Shown here piece by piece: positions 30,303 to 40,858 of a DNA stretch of 64,000 nt (within the stretch, counting starts at the first letter, position 1; each line of letters opens with the position of its first letter). The stretch is from a virus (Duplodnaviria > Heunggongvirae > Uroviricota > Caudoviricetes). Where the stretch lies: IMG/VR virus record IMGVR_UViG_3300012573_000004; one strand, 5' to 3'. The translations under genes and the position numbers were made by a program. Below the pieces are notes generated by a model. That model searched no databases and was not told where the DNA came from. It saw only the letters and a list, made by a program, of their open reading frames with translations.

Positions 30303-31199
30303 CTATTCCTCTTCTGATTCATTCCACAATTCAAAAGCATCTAGCCAGTCTTGTGCGTTAGTTTTTGTAATATAAGATATTGTATCAAGAATAGTTGGAT
30401 CTTTCCAAGCGCCTTCGTTGTCTTTCAAGATAAGATCCATGGTGAAATTGTTGATTCTTCCATCTGAAGCATCAATGAAATCTTCTTTATCCATTTGTGC
30501 TGAGATATTCATCCAGTTAGTCAAAATGGTAGCAGGGGAAGGATTGCCTTCTCTATAATCATCAACAGGTTCAATGTATTCTAATGAAGTTCCCTCTTCT
30601 ACCATATTTTCATATTCTTCTTGCTCTCTTAAAGCTTGAGTAGAACGCTCTCTTGCTTCATTAAAAGCAGAACCTATATCAAGTTGTGATAAGAAAGGTA
30701 TCTCTGGCATAGGCCACTTCCATAAAGCTATGTCCCTATAACGAAATTGGAAGTTAAACAACAGAAGAAAACCTAAAACTGTAGCACCAATACCACCAGG
30801 AATACCAAGGAAAAGAGGTGCCACAGCAACAACAATCATTGCCATTGCATAAGCAGAGTGTCTAGCAAGCCTTGCTTTTCTTTCAGGAGAATAATAATAC
30901 CTACATACCCATGGTTTTACCATCAAAGGTTCTACATATTCATTTCCTTCTTCATCAACATCAATTTGACTTTCAGGAATGTCCTCTTCATCATAATGAG
31001 CAGGGTAAAATACAGAAAAGGTGGAAGCAAAAATAGATTTACTAGATTCTTCTAAACGCTTATCAGCATCTTTCAATGCATCTTCAACGCCTTTTCTTCT
31101 TCTAGATCCCTTTGCACTGTTTTGCTCAGCAGAAGATTCTTCATGCACAAAATCTTCTATAGTAGAATCTTTTTCTGTTAAGTCTTTATTATTATCCAT
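30303..31199 (-). CDS. Membrane protein
   Basis: Central TM hairpin; 298 aa. Confidence 0.8.
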   Translation of the reverse strand: MDNNKDLTEKDSTIEDFVHEESSAEQNSAKGSRRRKGVEDALKDADKRLEESSKSIFASTFSVFYPAHYDEEDIPESQIDVDEEGNEYVEPLMVKPWVCRYYYSPERKARLARHSAYAMAMIVVAVAPLFLGIPGGIGATVLGFLLLFNFQFRYRDIALWKWPMPEIPFLSQLDIGSAFNEARERSTQALREQEEYENMVEEGTSLEYIEPVDDYREGNPSPATILTNWMNISAQMDKEDFIDASDGRINNFTMDLILKDNEGAWKDPTILDTISYITKTNAQDWLDAFELWNESEEE

Positions 31200-32379
31200 A
31201 GTTTTCTATGTCCCCTGGTGTTGATTGAGTTGTTGTAGAAGTATCTATAATATCAAAAATACCATGGGTTGTATTTTCATCGTAGATAAGATTTCCCATT
31301 TCATCTTCACCTATAATATTAATTGTTGTAGAGGATATATCTTGTGGGTTTAATGTGGAAGCAAGTTTTATCAAAGGTAAAATATCAGAAGTAGATAGTC
31401 CATCAATGGTGGTATTAGGAAGAACTTTTGTCATAACATCTTTAACAGTTGCAAGCTGTGTGGTGGTAGAAGCTGTTTTAATCTTTTCCACAATAGCTTC
31501 TGCTACCTTTTGTTGTCTTTTTACTCTGTCCAAATCACTTTTAGCGGTTCCTTCTACTTTTCTTGCTCTTGCATAGTTTAAAGCTGTTCTACCATCTACA
31601 TGATGTGTTCCTGATGTATCAAAAATCTTTCCTAATGTATCATCCACCACAGGTCCTGAAGTAGTGATATCTACGCCCCCAAGAGAATCAATCACTGTAG
31701 AAAAAGATTCAAAATTAAAAGCTACAGCGCCATCAATAACCTCTCCAGTCATTGATGCTACAACATCTTCTAAGCAATCAATACCATAATCATCATAGAT
31801 GCTATTTATCTTAACAACTGAAGAGCTATCACCATTGGTACAAGATTGAGTTGTAACACCTGTGTCCCTAGGAATAGAAGCAATAGAGACAATATGATCA
31901 CTATCAGGATCCATTTTCACCACTGCTAGAGCATCTGTTCTATTTCCAGGAACATCTTGTGAGGTTCCATCTCCTTGATCTTTATCAGGTCTAGTGTCCA
32001 TGCCAGCAACAATGATGGTCTTTTCTCCTGTAGGAGAAGATATATCATCCATTGTTTCTTCAGAAGAAATAGCTTGAGATACCACAGGTGATTGCAAAGC
32101 AGCAACACAACCTGTACCAAGCAAAACAACCCCTCCTAATGCTGCACCACTTAAAAACAAGGGAACAGATTTGTTTTTCTTTTTTCCTTGGAGTTTTTCA
32201 CCTGTTACTTTATAAAAAGCTCTATGTTCAGAATAACCATTGTTAATAAGCCTTATTACTTCATCAGCTCTGACTTTCTTATATTCCTGATGACTCATTT
32301 CCAATGGAATGGAAGTTGGAACTTTAATAGAGTTGTATATACGTGTATAGTGCTGCTGAGGGGTTTCATGCTGTGGCAT
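31192..32379 (-). CDS. LCP (LytR-CpsA-Psr) family cell-wall glycopolymer ligase
   Basis: GMDTR, RTDAL, SIPRDT, KINS, YARAR, SDLDRVKRQQ; TM anchor. Confidence 0.92.
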   Translation of the reverse strand: MPQHETPQQHYTRIYNSIKVPTSIPLEMSHQEYKKVRADEVIRLINNGYSEHRAFYKVTGEKLQGKKKNKSVPLFLSGAALGGVVLLGTGCVAALQSPVVSQAISSEETMDDISSPTGEKTIIVAGMDTRPDKDQGDGTSQDVPGNRTDALAVVKMDPDSDHIVSIASIPRDTGVTTQSCTNGDSSSVVKINSIYDDYGIDCLEDVVASMTGEVIDGAVAFNFESFSTVIDSLGGVDITTSGPVVDDTLGKIFDTSGTHHVDGRTALNYARARKVEGTAKSDLDRVKRQQKVAEAIVEKIKTASTTTQLATVKDVMTKVLPNTTIDGLSTSDILPLIKLASTLNPQDISSTTINIIGEDEMGNLIYDENTTHGIFDIIDTSTTTQSTPGDIENYG

Positions 32380-32441
32380 AGATTACACGCTCATTTCCTT
32401 TGTCTTGTTGTGCAAATAGCTATTCATAGAATATAGCTTAT

Positions 32442-33278
32442 TTATTCTTCTGTAGAAGAATCACTATTGTTTTCTACTTTATCTGCAGGCATAACAATCT
32501 CGCGCAAAGGCTTTCCAGACAACATAAGCTGAGTCCAGTTTGCAGGAAGATCTTCAGGATGGGTAATCACTTCATCACCTACAACAACAGCAGTGTCACC
32601 ATTTCCTTCTCTTCCTAGTCCAAAGTGCTCTGCAAAGAACTCACCATTGGTAGTAGTTTGTGTTGCTGCTTCATTAGTAGAGACTGGGCATTTAACATCC
32701 TTTGCCATTCCCATCATATTAGATACCTTCTTGACATCTTCATTTCCAGAAACTTTATCTCCAGTATTGACAATTCCAGTCAAGGTGAAGATTCCAGTTT
32801 TTGTCTTTTCAGCACCAATGCGGCAAATAGATGCTCTGGTAATAGAGTCTGTAGATAGTTGATTATCTTCTTTTCCTACAGGATAGTAATAAACAGTGAT
32901 TTTATTATGATTGACAGCATTCATAAATTCACTAGGCTTGCCATTGACAATCTGTGATTCACGAGAAAGAACTGAAGGATCACCCACAATAGATACTACA
33001 GGCTTAGCAGGATCAGGACTAGCACCAAATACCAAAGCTGTACCTTCTGATAGCCTTCCTAGAATATCAGTAGATACATTATCTGGAGCTTGCACTTGCT
33101 TTTCATCATCTTCTTTACTAGAAGAAAATGATGGAAGAGAATCTTTTACTCCAGAAAGCATAGGTGTTTTAAGAAGAAAAAATCCAGCAAGAGCAACAAG
33201 TGCAATGACAATAAGTACTACTAGAGTATTTTTCACCCATGGCTGTGACATTCCTGTAGTTTTTCTGCGTCGTGACAT
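32442..33278 (-). CDS. Membrane-anchored DsbA/thioredoxin-like protein lacking CxxC
   Basis: TM helix; PVVSIVGD...KITVYYYPV...TRASIC pattern like actinobacterial DsbA, no CxxC at the expected site. Confidence 0.4.
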   Translation of the reverse strand: MSRRRKTTGMSQPWVKNTLVVLIVIALVALAGFFLLKTPMLSGVKDSLPSFSSSKEDDEKQVQAPDNVSTDILGRLSEGTALVFGASPDPAKPVVSIVGDPSVLSRESQIVNGKPSEFMNAVNHNKITVYYYPVGKEDNQLSTDSITRASICRIGAEKTKTGIFTLTGIVNTGDKVSGNEDVKKVSNMMGMAKDVKCPVSTNEAATQTTTNGEFFAEHFGLGREGNGDTAVVVGDEVITHPEDLPANWTQLMLSGKPLREIVMPADKVENNSDSSTEE

Positions 33279-33302
33279 CCTTTATACCCCTTATGTAACC
33301 TT

Positions 33303-34292
33303 TCATTGTAGACTTATATCTGGAACAGAACGTTCAATCTCACTAATCACTGATGTGATCGGTGAGTAAAATGCAACATTATTTGTTGCACATTTATGAT
33401 TATCAATATCATTTTGTGAAGCTGATGTAGATGATAATACCCCAATGATACCCTCTTTATCAAAAATGGGTGAACCAGAATCACCTGGGAGAGCACACAA
33501 GTATGCTTTTGACATTACAGCAATGATTTCTTTTTGGTGTGGTTCTGTAACTCTTAACTGTGTTCTTACATTATCTTCACCCTTTTTCCCGCAATCAAAT
33601 CCTGTAGTATATCCTCTTTTGCACACAGTTTTATCTTGAGGTCTAGGATAAGTATCTAGAGCCATAGTGATCTTAGTAGAATGTGAAGGTCTTTGTGCTT
33701 TGGGATCAAGCTTAATTGCAGCCCAATCAGTAGAACCTGTTTTTTCATTCATTTTGGATGAATAAGCTATTTTCCCCAAATAATGAGCTGTAGAAAAATC
33801 CTCTCCTTGAGGAGCTGAATAAATAGACTGTCCAGGTTTCCCACAATGCCCTGCAGTAATAGCATAAGAATACTTGTTATTCTTACTAGGAAGTGAAAAG
33901 GATACAGTGCATGCATCAAAAGATACTGTGGTTTTAGTCCTTTTCTTCACAACAGCTATAGGGGTTGCTGGAAGTAGTCCAGAACTTCCTATAGTGCTGG
34001 AAGTAGGAGACTTTAGTTGATAGATAGATCCTTCTACTTCAGGGGAGGGTGCTCTAGTGGTGGCATTTTGCTCAGGTGGAGGAGTAGTAGCATCTACTGC
34101 TGAAGGCATATCTTGTTCTTCAATAATAGGAGCTTGTGGCTGGGAGCCAATAGCAGTGATAGTAGGGTCATTGTTGTCTTCACTGACAAAAGGAAGAGAA
34201 CTTATAGGAATACTTCCTGTATAAACTAATGCTGATAAAACCAGGAACACACATATGATAACTACAGTGATATTTTTTAAAAGATCTTTCAT
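33303..34292 (-). CDS. Exported S1 (trypsin-like) serine protease
   Basis: Catalytic triad motifs ITAGHC, DWAAI, GDSGSP; VCKRGYTTG. Confidence 0.92.
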   Translation of the reverse strand: MKDLLKNITVVIICVFLVLSALVYTGSIPISSLPFVSEDNNDPTITAIGSQPQAPIIEEQDMPSAVDATTPPPEQNATTRAPSPEVEGSIYQLKSPTSSTIGSSGLLPATPIAVVKKRTKTTVSFDACTVSFSLPSKNNKYSYAITAGHCGKPGQSIYSAPQGEDFSTAHYLGKIAYSSKMNEKTGSTDWAAIKLDPKAQRPSHSTKITMALDTYPRPQDKTVCKRGYTTGFDCGKKGEDNVRTQLRVTEPHQKEIIAVMSKAYLCALPGDSGSPIFDKEGIIGVLSSTSASQNDIDNHKCATNNVAFYSPITSVISEIERSVPDISLQ

Positions 34293-34354
34293 ATGTGTGT
34301 GTCCCCTTTATATAATGCTATTTTACCAACTGGCATAGTATACCAGCTACAGCA

Positions 34355-35056
34355 TTACTCCTGTGGAGGAAGTTGTCCTCCTTCTACTGAAGTGGAATCT
34401 TCTTTTGTGCTACTTGTGTCAGGAACTTTTTCTCCAGGTTTATTCATCACATCAACATAAGAATCTGTATGGAAGGTCATCTTCCCCATAAATCCTTGAG
34501 ACATATCATTGTACTTGCGAATATCATTCATCATGGAGTTAGCAGTATCAGTAAACTCTTTGCACATACCTTTGTAATCAATAGTATCTACTTCTAGTGA
34601 ATAAGTAGAAATATCACATGCTGCATAATAAGGAGCAATCTTCACTGCTTCTTTTTCCCTTTCTCCATGCTTATCAAAAGTAGGAGAGCTGGCATCAAGA
34701 TGTCCAATAACATTGGATAAGATGCGAGTGGATTTAATAGACATATCTTCTTTACCAATCTTTTCTTCCATTTCATCTGCTTTGTCTCGCAAATCTTGAG
34801 GAAGTTGTGGGTCAGAGAAGCTATCATGAACACTAACCAAAGATGAATTGAACTCATCAATGGAGTTATCAGTTTCTTTCTTTGATTGTTCAACAGCAGC
34901 AAAAATGATTGCATAAGCAATGATAATGCATGCAATGACAAATATTGTCAGAATTGATTTCCAATGACTCTTTTTACTGCCTGATGATACAGGAATAGAG
35001 TTATAAGAATACTGATTTTCTGTTGAACCAAAAGGGTTATATTTTACTTCCTTCAC
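34355..35056 (-). CDS. Single-pass membrane protein
   Basis: TM helix ILTIFVIACIIIAYAIIFAAV. Confidence 0.75.
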   Translation of the reverse strand: MKEVKYNPFGSTENQYSYNSIPVSSGSKKSHWKSILTIFVIACIIIAYAIIFAAVEQSKKETDNSIDEFNSSLVSVHDSFSDPQLPQDLRDKADEMEEKIGKEDMSIKSTRILSNVIGHLDASSPTFDKHGEREKEAVKIAPYYAACDISTYSLEVDTIDYKGMCKEFTDTANSMMNDIRKYNDMSQGFMGKMTFHTDSYVDVMNKPGEKVPDTSSTKEDSTSVEGGQLPPQE

Positions 35057-35059
35057 TTT

Positions 35060-36598
35060 TTATTGTCCTCCACATGGTGTTTGAGTAAGAGAAATGGTAT
35101 CCACAGTCCATTCAGGATTAGTAGAAACTGCATCAGGGGTATAGAAGAACACAGAACCCTGAGATCTCTTTTGTCCATCTCCAGCATAGCAGAAATCAAT
35201 CTCAGCCTTAGATTCTTTCTGTGTTCCCCCTGGATAAGTCCATCCAGCCAAAGAGAAAGTATCAACTGTAGCATTATTAGGAAAGTTAGCACCTTGTGCT
35301 GCAAGAATCTTATTGGAAAGTTGCTGAGTATTCATCTTCATAAGGCTAGAAATATCAGGATCTTTACCAGAAGACTTTACTCCCTCTGCATAAGCAGCAT
35401 CTTTTTCTTTACCCATTTCAGCTTCATTGTAGACAGAATATCCATAGACACATAGCACTGCAAGGGCAATGGTAAGAATAAAAGACCAAACAGAAGTAAT
35501 CACTTTGAAAAACTTTTTCTTCCTGGGGATGACAACATAGATCCTGGGAAGCTTTTCCACTTTGCGTCCATTGCTTCTTACCTGTTGCTTAACCTTGTAG
35601 TCATCATAAGTATCAAGAATCTTATCAGCATCACGTTGGCTAAGATGAGCTTTTTCTTTTACCTCTTCTAGATCATCAGAAGATGAGATGGTGTCATAAT
35701 CTTTATCTTCTAAGTCTGTAGAGACTTGTGCTTTAGATTTTCTAGAAAACCAAGAATGCTTCTTTTTCTTCTTATCCTTTATGTGAGATGAATCATCTTC
35801 TTTGTTGAAATCATTATCATTTTTTACTTTGTCAGAAGAATCATGATTGACATCTTTTTCTTCATCTAGATTGCTAGGTGGAAAGTAGGATTTTTGGGAA
35901 ACAGCAGGAAAAGTTGTCTGGTTTGTATCAGTATAGCTGGATTCCTTTTCAGTGCTTTTCTGTGCAGGAGAATGGGAATTGCTGCTGTGTGTTTTCTTCT
36001 TGCTAGAAAAGAAAGAAGATATACCTTGGGTAGAGTCTTTTTTCTTAGCATGCTTCCCACGTGAAGAGGTACGAGATTGTGATGAAGATTCTCTTTTGTG
36101 TGATGAAGATTCATTGCTAGGAGTAATGCTTTCATCCTTTGTCTTTTCAGGATGAGAAGGAGTTTTCTTCTGTGTAATCTTTTCAGGATGAGAAGGAGTT
36201 TTCTTCTGTGCAATCTTTTTGCTACGTGCAACCCTCTGTGTGCTCTTCTGAGGTCTTGTAGTATCATCTTCAGGGGTTTTCCTAGGAGGAATGCTAGAAG
36301 GCATAGCACTGGGCTTAGGAGCTTTCTGTGGAGCTTTCTGTGGAGATTTCTGAGCAGAAGGCACAGGTGCCTTGGATGAAGGTGCAGACAAGCTAGGGTT
36401 ATTTTTCACAGGTCTAGAAGAAGGTTTATTATTAGAAATATTTCCCTTCTTATGTGCAGGGTTGGGAGAATTGTGTGCTCTTCGTGCAGCTTGTCTTCTT
36501 TGCTGTGCTAAACGTGATGCACGAGATTGAGCAGATCGAAATGCTTCATCAGGAGACACCATTGGTGCTCTTCCACTACGGTGAAAACTATTAGCCAC
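35060..36598 (-). CDS. Membrane protein with long basic disordered N-terminus
   Basis: K/S/P-rich N-terminus with duplicated QKKTPSHPEK; TM helix; C-terminal domain with two Cys. Confidence 0.8.
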   Translation of the reverse strand: MANSFHRSGRAPMVSPDEAFRSAQSRASRLAQQRRQAARRAHNSPNPAHKKGNISNNKPSSRPVKNNPSLSAPSSKAPVPSAQKSPQKAPQKAPKPSAMPSSIPPRKTPEDDTTRPQKSTQRVARSKKIAQKKTPSHPEKITQKKTPSHPEKTKDESITPSNESSSHKRESSSQSRTSSRGKHAKKKDSTQGISSFFSSKKKTHSSNSHSPAQKSTEKESSYTDTNQTTFPAVSQKSYFPPSNLDEEKDVNHDSSDKVKNDNDFNKEDDSSHIKDKKKKKHSWFSRKSKAQVSTDLEDKDYDTISSSDDLEEVKEKAHLSQRDADKILDTYDDYKVKQQVRSNGRKVEKLPRIYVVIPRKKKFFKVITSVWSFILTIALAVLCVYGYSVYNEAEMGKEKDAAYAEGVKSSGKDPDISSLMKMNTQQLSNKILAAQGANFPNNATVDTFSLAGWTYPGGTQKESKAEIDFCYAGDGQKRSQGSVFFYTPDAVSTNPEWTVDTISLTQTPCGGQ

Positions 36599-36656
36599 GA
36601 TATATTGTCCCTTTTCTTGTATGCTTTAACCTATTAATCATTATCACCATACAGCA

Positions 36657-36691
36657 AAAACCCCTACATAGCAAAAAGCTATATAGGGGTA
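36657..36691. terminator. Terminator-like hairpin
   Basis: ACCCCTACATAGC-AAAAA-GCTATATAGGGGT. Confidence 0.6.
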
Positions 36692-36708
36692 AGATATTTG
36701 CCTTTTAA

Positions 36709-37137
36709 CTATTCAGATAAATAAGTAACAACAGAATCAGATTCCATTATCACAGCCTTGCTCAACGCAAACTTTTCCATGCTTCCACCATGGGTAAGGA
36801 TATCATCAATATTCCTGGTGGATACCAACCCTATCACTGCTCCAACATTGTAGAGTTCTCCTTGGGTTGCAATATTGTCCATGTGAATGAAATCATACTT
36901 TTCTGGATTGTCTTCTTCTACTACGTCACAAGCGATAATAGAGTGAGTATCATAACTTTTTCCCTCAGAGCGGGAAAGAAGTTCATGGGAAACCTTAGCT
37001 AGATCAGAAGAAATCTCAGCATTAGGATCAACATGACTAATAACTGTCTTAGTAACCTTTTCTACTTCTTCTTTATTTCCATCTACAATAACTAGTAGTG
37101 GGGAAGAACCATCAAAGATATCAAAAATTTTATCCAT
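36709..37137 (-). CDS. Hypothetical protein
   Basis: 142-aa ORF. Confidence 0.7.
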   Translation of the reverse strand: MDKIFDIFDGSSPLLVIVDGNKEEVEKVTKTVISHVDPNAEISSDLAKVSHELLSRSEGKSYDTHSIIACDVVEEDNPEKYDFIHMDNIATQGELYNVGAVIGLVSTRNIDDILTHGGSMEKFALSKAVIMESDSVVTYLSE

Positions 37138-37231
37138 TGTAATACTCTCGATCTAGTAGGAATGTATATTGTGTATTTTCTTATGTTACCACATTATGTG
37201 GTGTGTATCAAAGAAAGATGCATAAGTATCC

Positions 37232-38077
37232 TTAGATACTGTCTAGCGGTCTTAATGCTTTATCAAAGAACCTAGACAAAGCTCCACTAAAAGGAAGTCT
37301 AGGAAGTTCTTCTTTGTCTTTTTCTGAACGTTTCCTCCATTCTTTCTTGAGATATTGACTAACCATAGCAATCTGTCCAATGGTAGCTACAGCAGATCCG
37401 TGCTTATTTTCTTGTCCAGCAATCTCATTAGATAGCTCTACAATGTCTTCTACAGGAATGTTTTGTGCGATCTCCCTGTTTTCTACATTTCCATTCTCAT
37501 CTACAGCTGTGATATAACCCACAGCAGACTTCCCATCAGGAGATATCCTATATGTCAACGTTGAATCTTCAGATGTGGTCATAACAACTTTTTTTACCCC
37601 TGTTTTTTCATCAGTGGTAATATCTGCAGTAGAAATCTTAGTTCTATCTACTTGCTCTCCACCTAGTTCATATTCTATGTGTTGAAGTTTTAGCTCTCTT
37701 TCTTCTGCTGGTCCAATAACAGAGACAATATCATCATCTACTGCAATGACAATCTCATTTCCCTGTCTAGACATAGCCACTTGAGCACCTGTGTCATAAG
37801 ATGTTCCATAAAGGGTTTTTCCATCTTTGGAAATATCATCCCATTTACCACCATCTTCAAAAAACACAGAGGTAAATTCTACTGGAAGCTCATCAATGAG
37901 ATCATGGTCTACTTTTGTTCTCATATCAGCCATAGGATCCAATGCTCTTTTAGCAACATCTTTGTATCTGCTTTTATCTTGAGGTTTGATGTCTTTTTTA
38001 AAAACTGGTCTTCCTAGAGCATCTTTGCCAACTATTCTCCAGCCATCAACATTATTTTTCTTATCTCCACGAGCCAT
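37232..38077 (-). CDS. Hypothetical protein
   Basis: Start re-called at ATG 38077 (MARGDKK) downstream of AAAGGGA. Confidence 0.7.
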   Translation of the reverse strand: MARGDKKNNVDGWRIVGKDALGRPVFKKDIKPQDKSRYKDVAKRALDPMADMRTKVDHDLIDELPVEFTSVFFEDGGKWDDISKDGKTLYGTSYDTGAQVAMSRQGNEIVIAVDDDIVSVIGPAEERELKLQHIEYELGGEQVDRTKISTADITTDEKTGVKKVVMTTSEDSTLTYRISPDGKSAVGYITAVDENGNVENREIAQNIPVEDIVELSNEIAGQENKHGSAVATIGQIAMVSQYLKKEWRKRSEKDKEELPRLPFSGALSRFFDKALRPLDSI

Positions 38078-38142
38078 TGTATATTTATGTCCCTTTTCTA
38101 TCCTTGTACCATTTTCTCTACGCAATAAAACAATAAGAGAAA

Positions 38143-38766
38143 CTAGAGCTTAGTATAAGGGAAAAAGTCCTCTACCCTTTTCTTTCTGCTTCCTGTTGTC
38201 TCAAAAATGACATCCACATTCTTTTTTACTTTCTTATACCCAAACAACGCTGCATATATCAAAGCAGAAAAAGTAATCACAGTAGGAATGATGAAGAAAT
38301 ACTCCACATCAGGAAAAACAGCATTGCCTACACCTCCCACAATAAGGGAAAGGATAAGGATAGAGATGACAACCCCCAAAGTCTTCATGATTTCTTTTCT
38401 TGCTGCATGGTATCTATCAAGTTCTTCTGATACCTGAGCTTTCCATCTTTTCCACCCTCCCTGTCTTTGAGACAATAGTTCAATATATTCATCATATTTT
38501 TGAACACTATTAGGGCTAATACCACTGGATACTAAAGCAGGATTAACCACTAAAGAAGCACTATCATTACCATGTGGTGCAGACATGACTTCTGCTAGCT
38601 TAACACGTTTGTTATATAGCTTTCTTGCTACATTTTTCTGCACTTTAATCTCATATTTTGACATTGAATACCCTGGTCTGAAAGGAGGAAGAAAACTTCC
38701 TATCCTTTCAATCATGCTTCCTTGAGATAGCATTTCTTCTGCTTGCTGAGCACTTACCGTTGCCAT
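38143..38766 (-). CDS. Membrane protein (two C-terminal TM helices)
   Basis: 207 aa; GAGG SD. Confidence 0.75.
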   Translation of the reverse strand: MATVSAQQAEEMLSQGSMIERIGSFLPPFRPGYSMSKYEIKVQKNVARKLYNKRVKLAEVMSAPHGNDSASLVVNPALVSSGISPNSVQKYDEYIELLSQRQGGWKRWKAQVSEELDRYHAARKEIMKTLGVVISILILSLIVGGVGNAVFPDVEYFFIIPTVITFSALIYAALFGYKKVKKNVDVIFETTGSRKKRVEDFFPYTKL

Positions 38767-38791
38767 GATTTATACCTCTTTATGTCCCTTT

Positions 38792-39316
38792 TTAAAATCT
38801 TCCTACTTTGGACAATGCAATGATTTTAGCATCATCCCATTTTCCACTATCAGCAATATATCTAGCATATACCTTAAAGTTGGCCAAGTTATATTCTGGA
38901 TGCTCTTTTTTAAACCTCATGAACTGTCTAATGGATACTTCATGAGGTTTGATATCATATTCCTGAGCAATAGAAGATAACACTTGTGAAAACTTTTCAG
39001 CAGTAGCATCATCTCCTCTTCTATTTCTCCTTGTCATCTCAGAAGAAGGTACAGGAAGAACTTTTTTAGCATTCATCCAACTTCCAGCATGATCATGAAT
39101 ATCCCACCAATGAGGATCTTCTTTCCTCTTGTACTTCTCATACTCTTTTCTAGACATGCTCACCACTCCACTAGCAGAAGAAGATCTTTCTTTTTGAAGA
39201 CGTGCATAAGCATAAAGCATGGCCATGACAATATCTTGAGAAGTACATTTTTGTCCATCATCATGGATCTTTTCAGAAGAAAGCATATCTTCCCATGCTT
39301 TATCTGTAGTGCTCAT
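38792..39316 (-). CDS. Protein with two homing-endonuclease-associated-repeat-like units (putative DNA binding)
   Basis: MSRKEY...AGSWMNAK and VSIRQF...SGKWDDAK repeats; AAGGAG SD. Confidence 0.5.
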   Translation of the reverse strand: MSTTDKAWEDMLSSEKIHDDGQKCTSQDIVMAMLYAYARLQKERSSSASGVVSMSRKEYEKYKRKEDPHWWDIHDHAGSWMNAKKVLPVPSSEMTRRNRRGDDATAEKFSQVLSSIAQEYDIKPHEVSIRQFMRFKKEHPEYNLANFKVYARYIADSGKWDDAKIIALSKVGRF

Positions 39317-39467
39317 AGATAAACATACTCCTTTTTATGCTAGGAAAATGATATTTTTCTCTATTGTAGCATTGACAAAAAGGAATATATTACAACAGTG
39401 CATATATACAAAAACACCCCCTTTTATAAAAAGGAGGTGCCTTTGCATATAAATAAGATGTTATTGC

Positions 39468-40831
39468 TTAAACAAATAACTGTGCTATCTTATCTAAAAA
39501 TGACATCTTTACTTTTCCTCCAGTGTTTACCTGAGGTCCTTTTACAGAAGATCCTTGAGACTGAATGGAATCTTCTTTTATTCTCTGTGGAGAATAGTGT
39601 TGGGAAGGAACCTGAGAATCATCATAACCTCCAGTTACAATTGGTGTAGTTTTCACTGGTGAAGTCTTTTGTGAAGATTGTGTATCTTGGGTGTCAAAAG
39701 TTTCTTCAGGTGTAGTGTCAGGAGAAGAATCTACAGGTTCTTCTGCAGGTTCTTCTGTATCTACAGGCTCTTCTACAGGAGTAGTATCCTGCGCTGGGGT
39801 GGATGTCTCTGGTGGCAATGAAGGTTGAGAAATGCTTTCTTCTGGTTGTGATTCATCTTTAACAGTCGCTTCAAAAGAGACTGTTTTTGTAGATTTATCA
39901 GGGTATTCCACTTCCACATCAAAAGACTTCTTATCTCCATCATGAGCATCATGAGGAGGTGTCACTGTAGCCTTTCCAGAATCTTCTTCTATATCAATCT
40001 TCCATCCTTGAAGATTGTCACTATTTTTAAGTTTAAACTGTGTCCCTTTAGGAATGTCTTTATCTCCAGATTGCTCTACCTCTACTGGAACACCAGGTTT
40101 GGTTTCAGCATCAGAATAGGAAGGTTTATGCTCATCTGATTCTGAAGTGAATTTTCCATGGAGTTTAAGATTAAAATCTTTAGCATTGGAATAAGAAACA
40201 TTCCACACATACTCTGTAGTTTTTTCTTCAGGGGTAAATTCCACTTCTACATCTGCAGTCTCTCCCGGTGCAATAGAGGTATCAGCCGTAAATGTCTTCC
40301 CATCTGGTCCAGTGATGTTAGGATTAGATAAACGAGTATTTCCCTCATTTTTCAAAGTGATAATACCTTTTGTTTTCTTCCCACTTTCCATCATTGCAGG
40401 GGTATCTTTAGTGGTTTCCTTACCATTGATAGTGATTACACCACTAGGTTTTCTTTCTGCTTTAATAGCATTTCCTTCAGCATCAAGAAGACCTTGCACT
40501 TTAACAGTAGACTGTCCTCCATTTTTAGTATTCTTAGTAGGAGAAACTTTTACTCTACTTGCTCCATAGTTAGCAGGATCTCCAATATCAACATAGCCAA
40601 TATTGTCAACAAAAACTATTGCAGTAACATCTTCTGGAACATTTGAGACCTCAATGATAAACCCTTTACCATCTTTTTTAACATTGGTCTTTATCTGAGA
40701 TGCAAACTTCTTCAGTTCTTCCTCACTAAAGGGTTCTTCACCAAAATCTTTTGCAGATTGTGTTCTAGTGGTTACTTTCCATGTACTAGGATCTGATACA
40801 TTCCATGGTGTAAGAGATTCATTAGGAGTAA
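39468..40831 (-). pseudogene. 5'-truncated surface protein with Ig-like and Rib/YPDG domain
   Basis: VEVEYPDKST Rib-like motif, P/T/E-rich stalk, VNTGG tail; no signal peptide; frame begins at the end of the adjacent TnpB-like element. Confidence 0.65.
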
Positions 40832-40858
40832 GTTTTACATACCGTAGAAAACTTCTTA

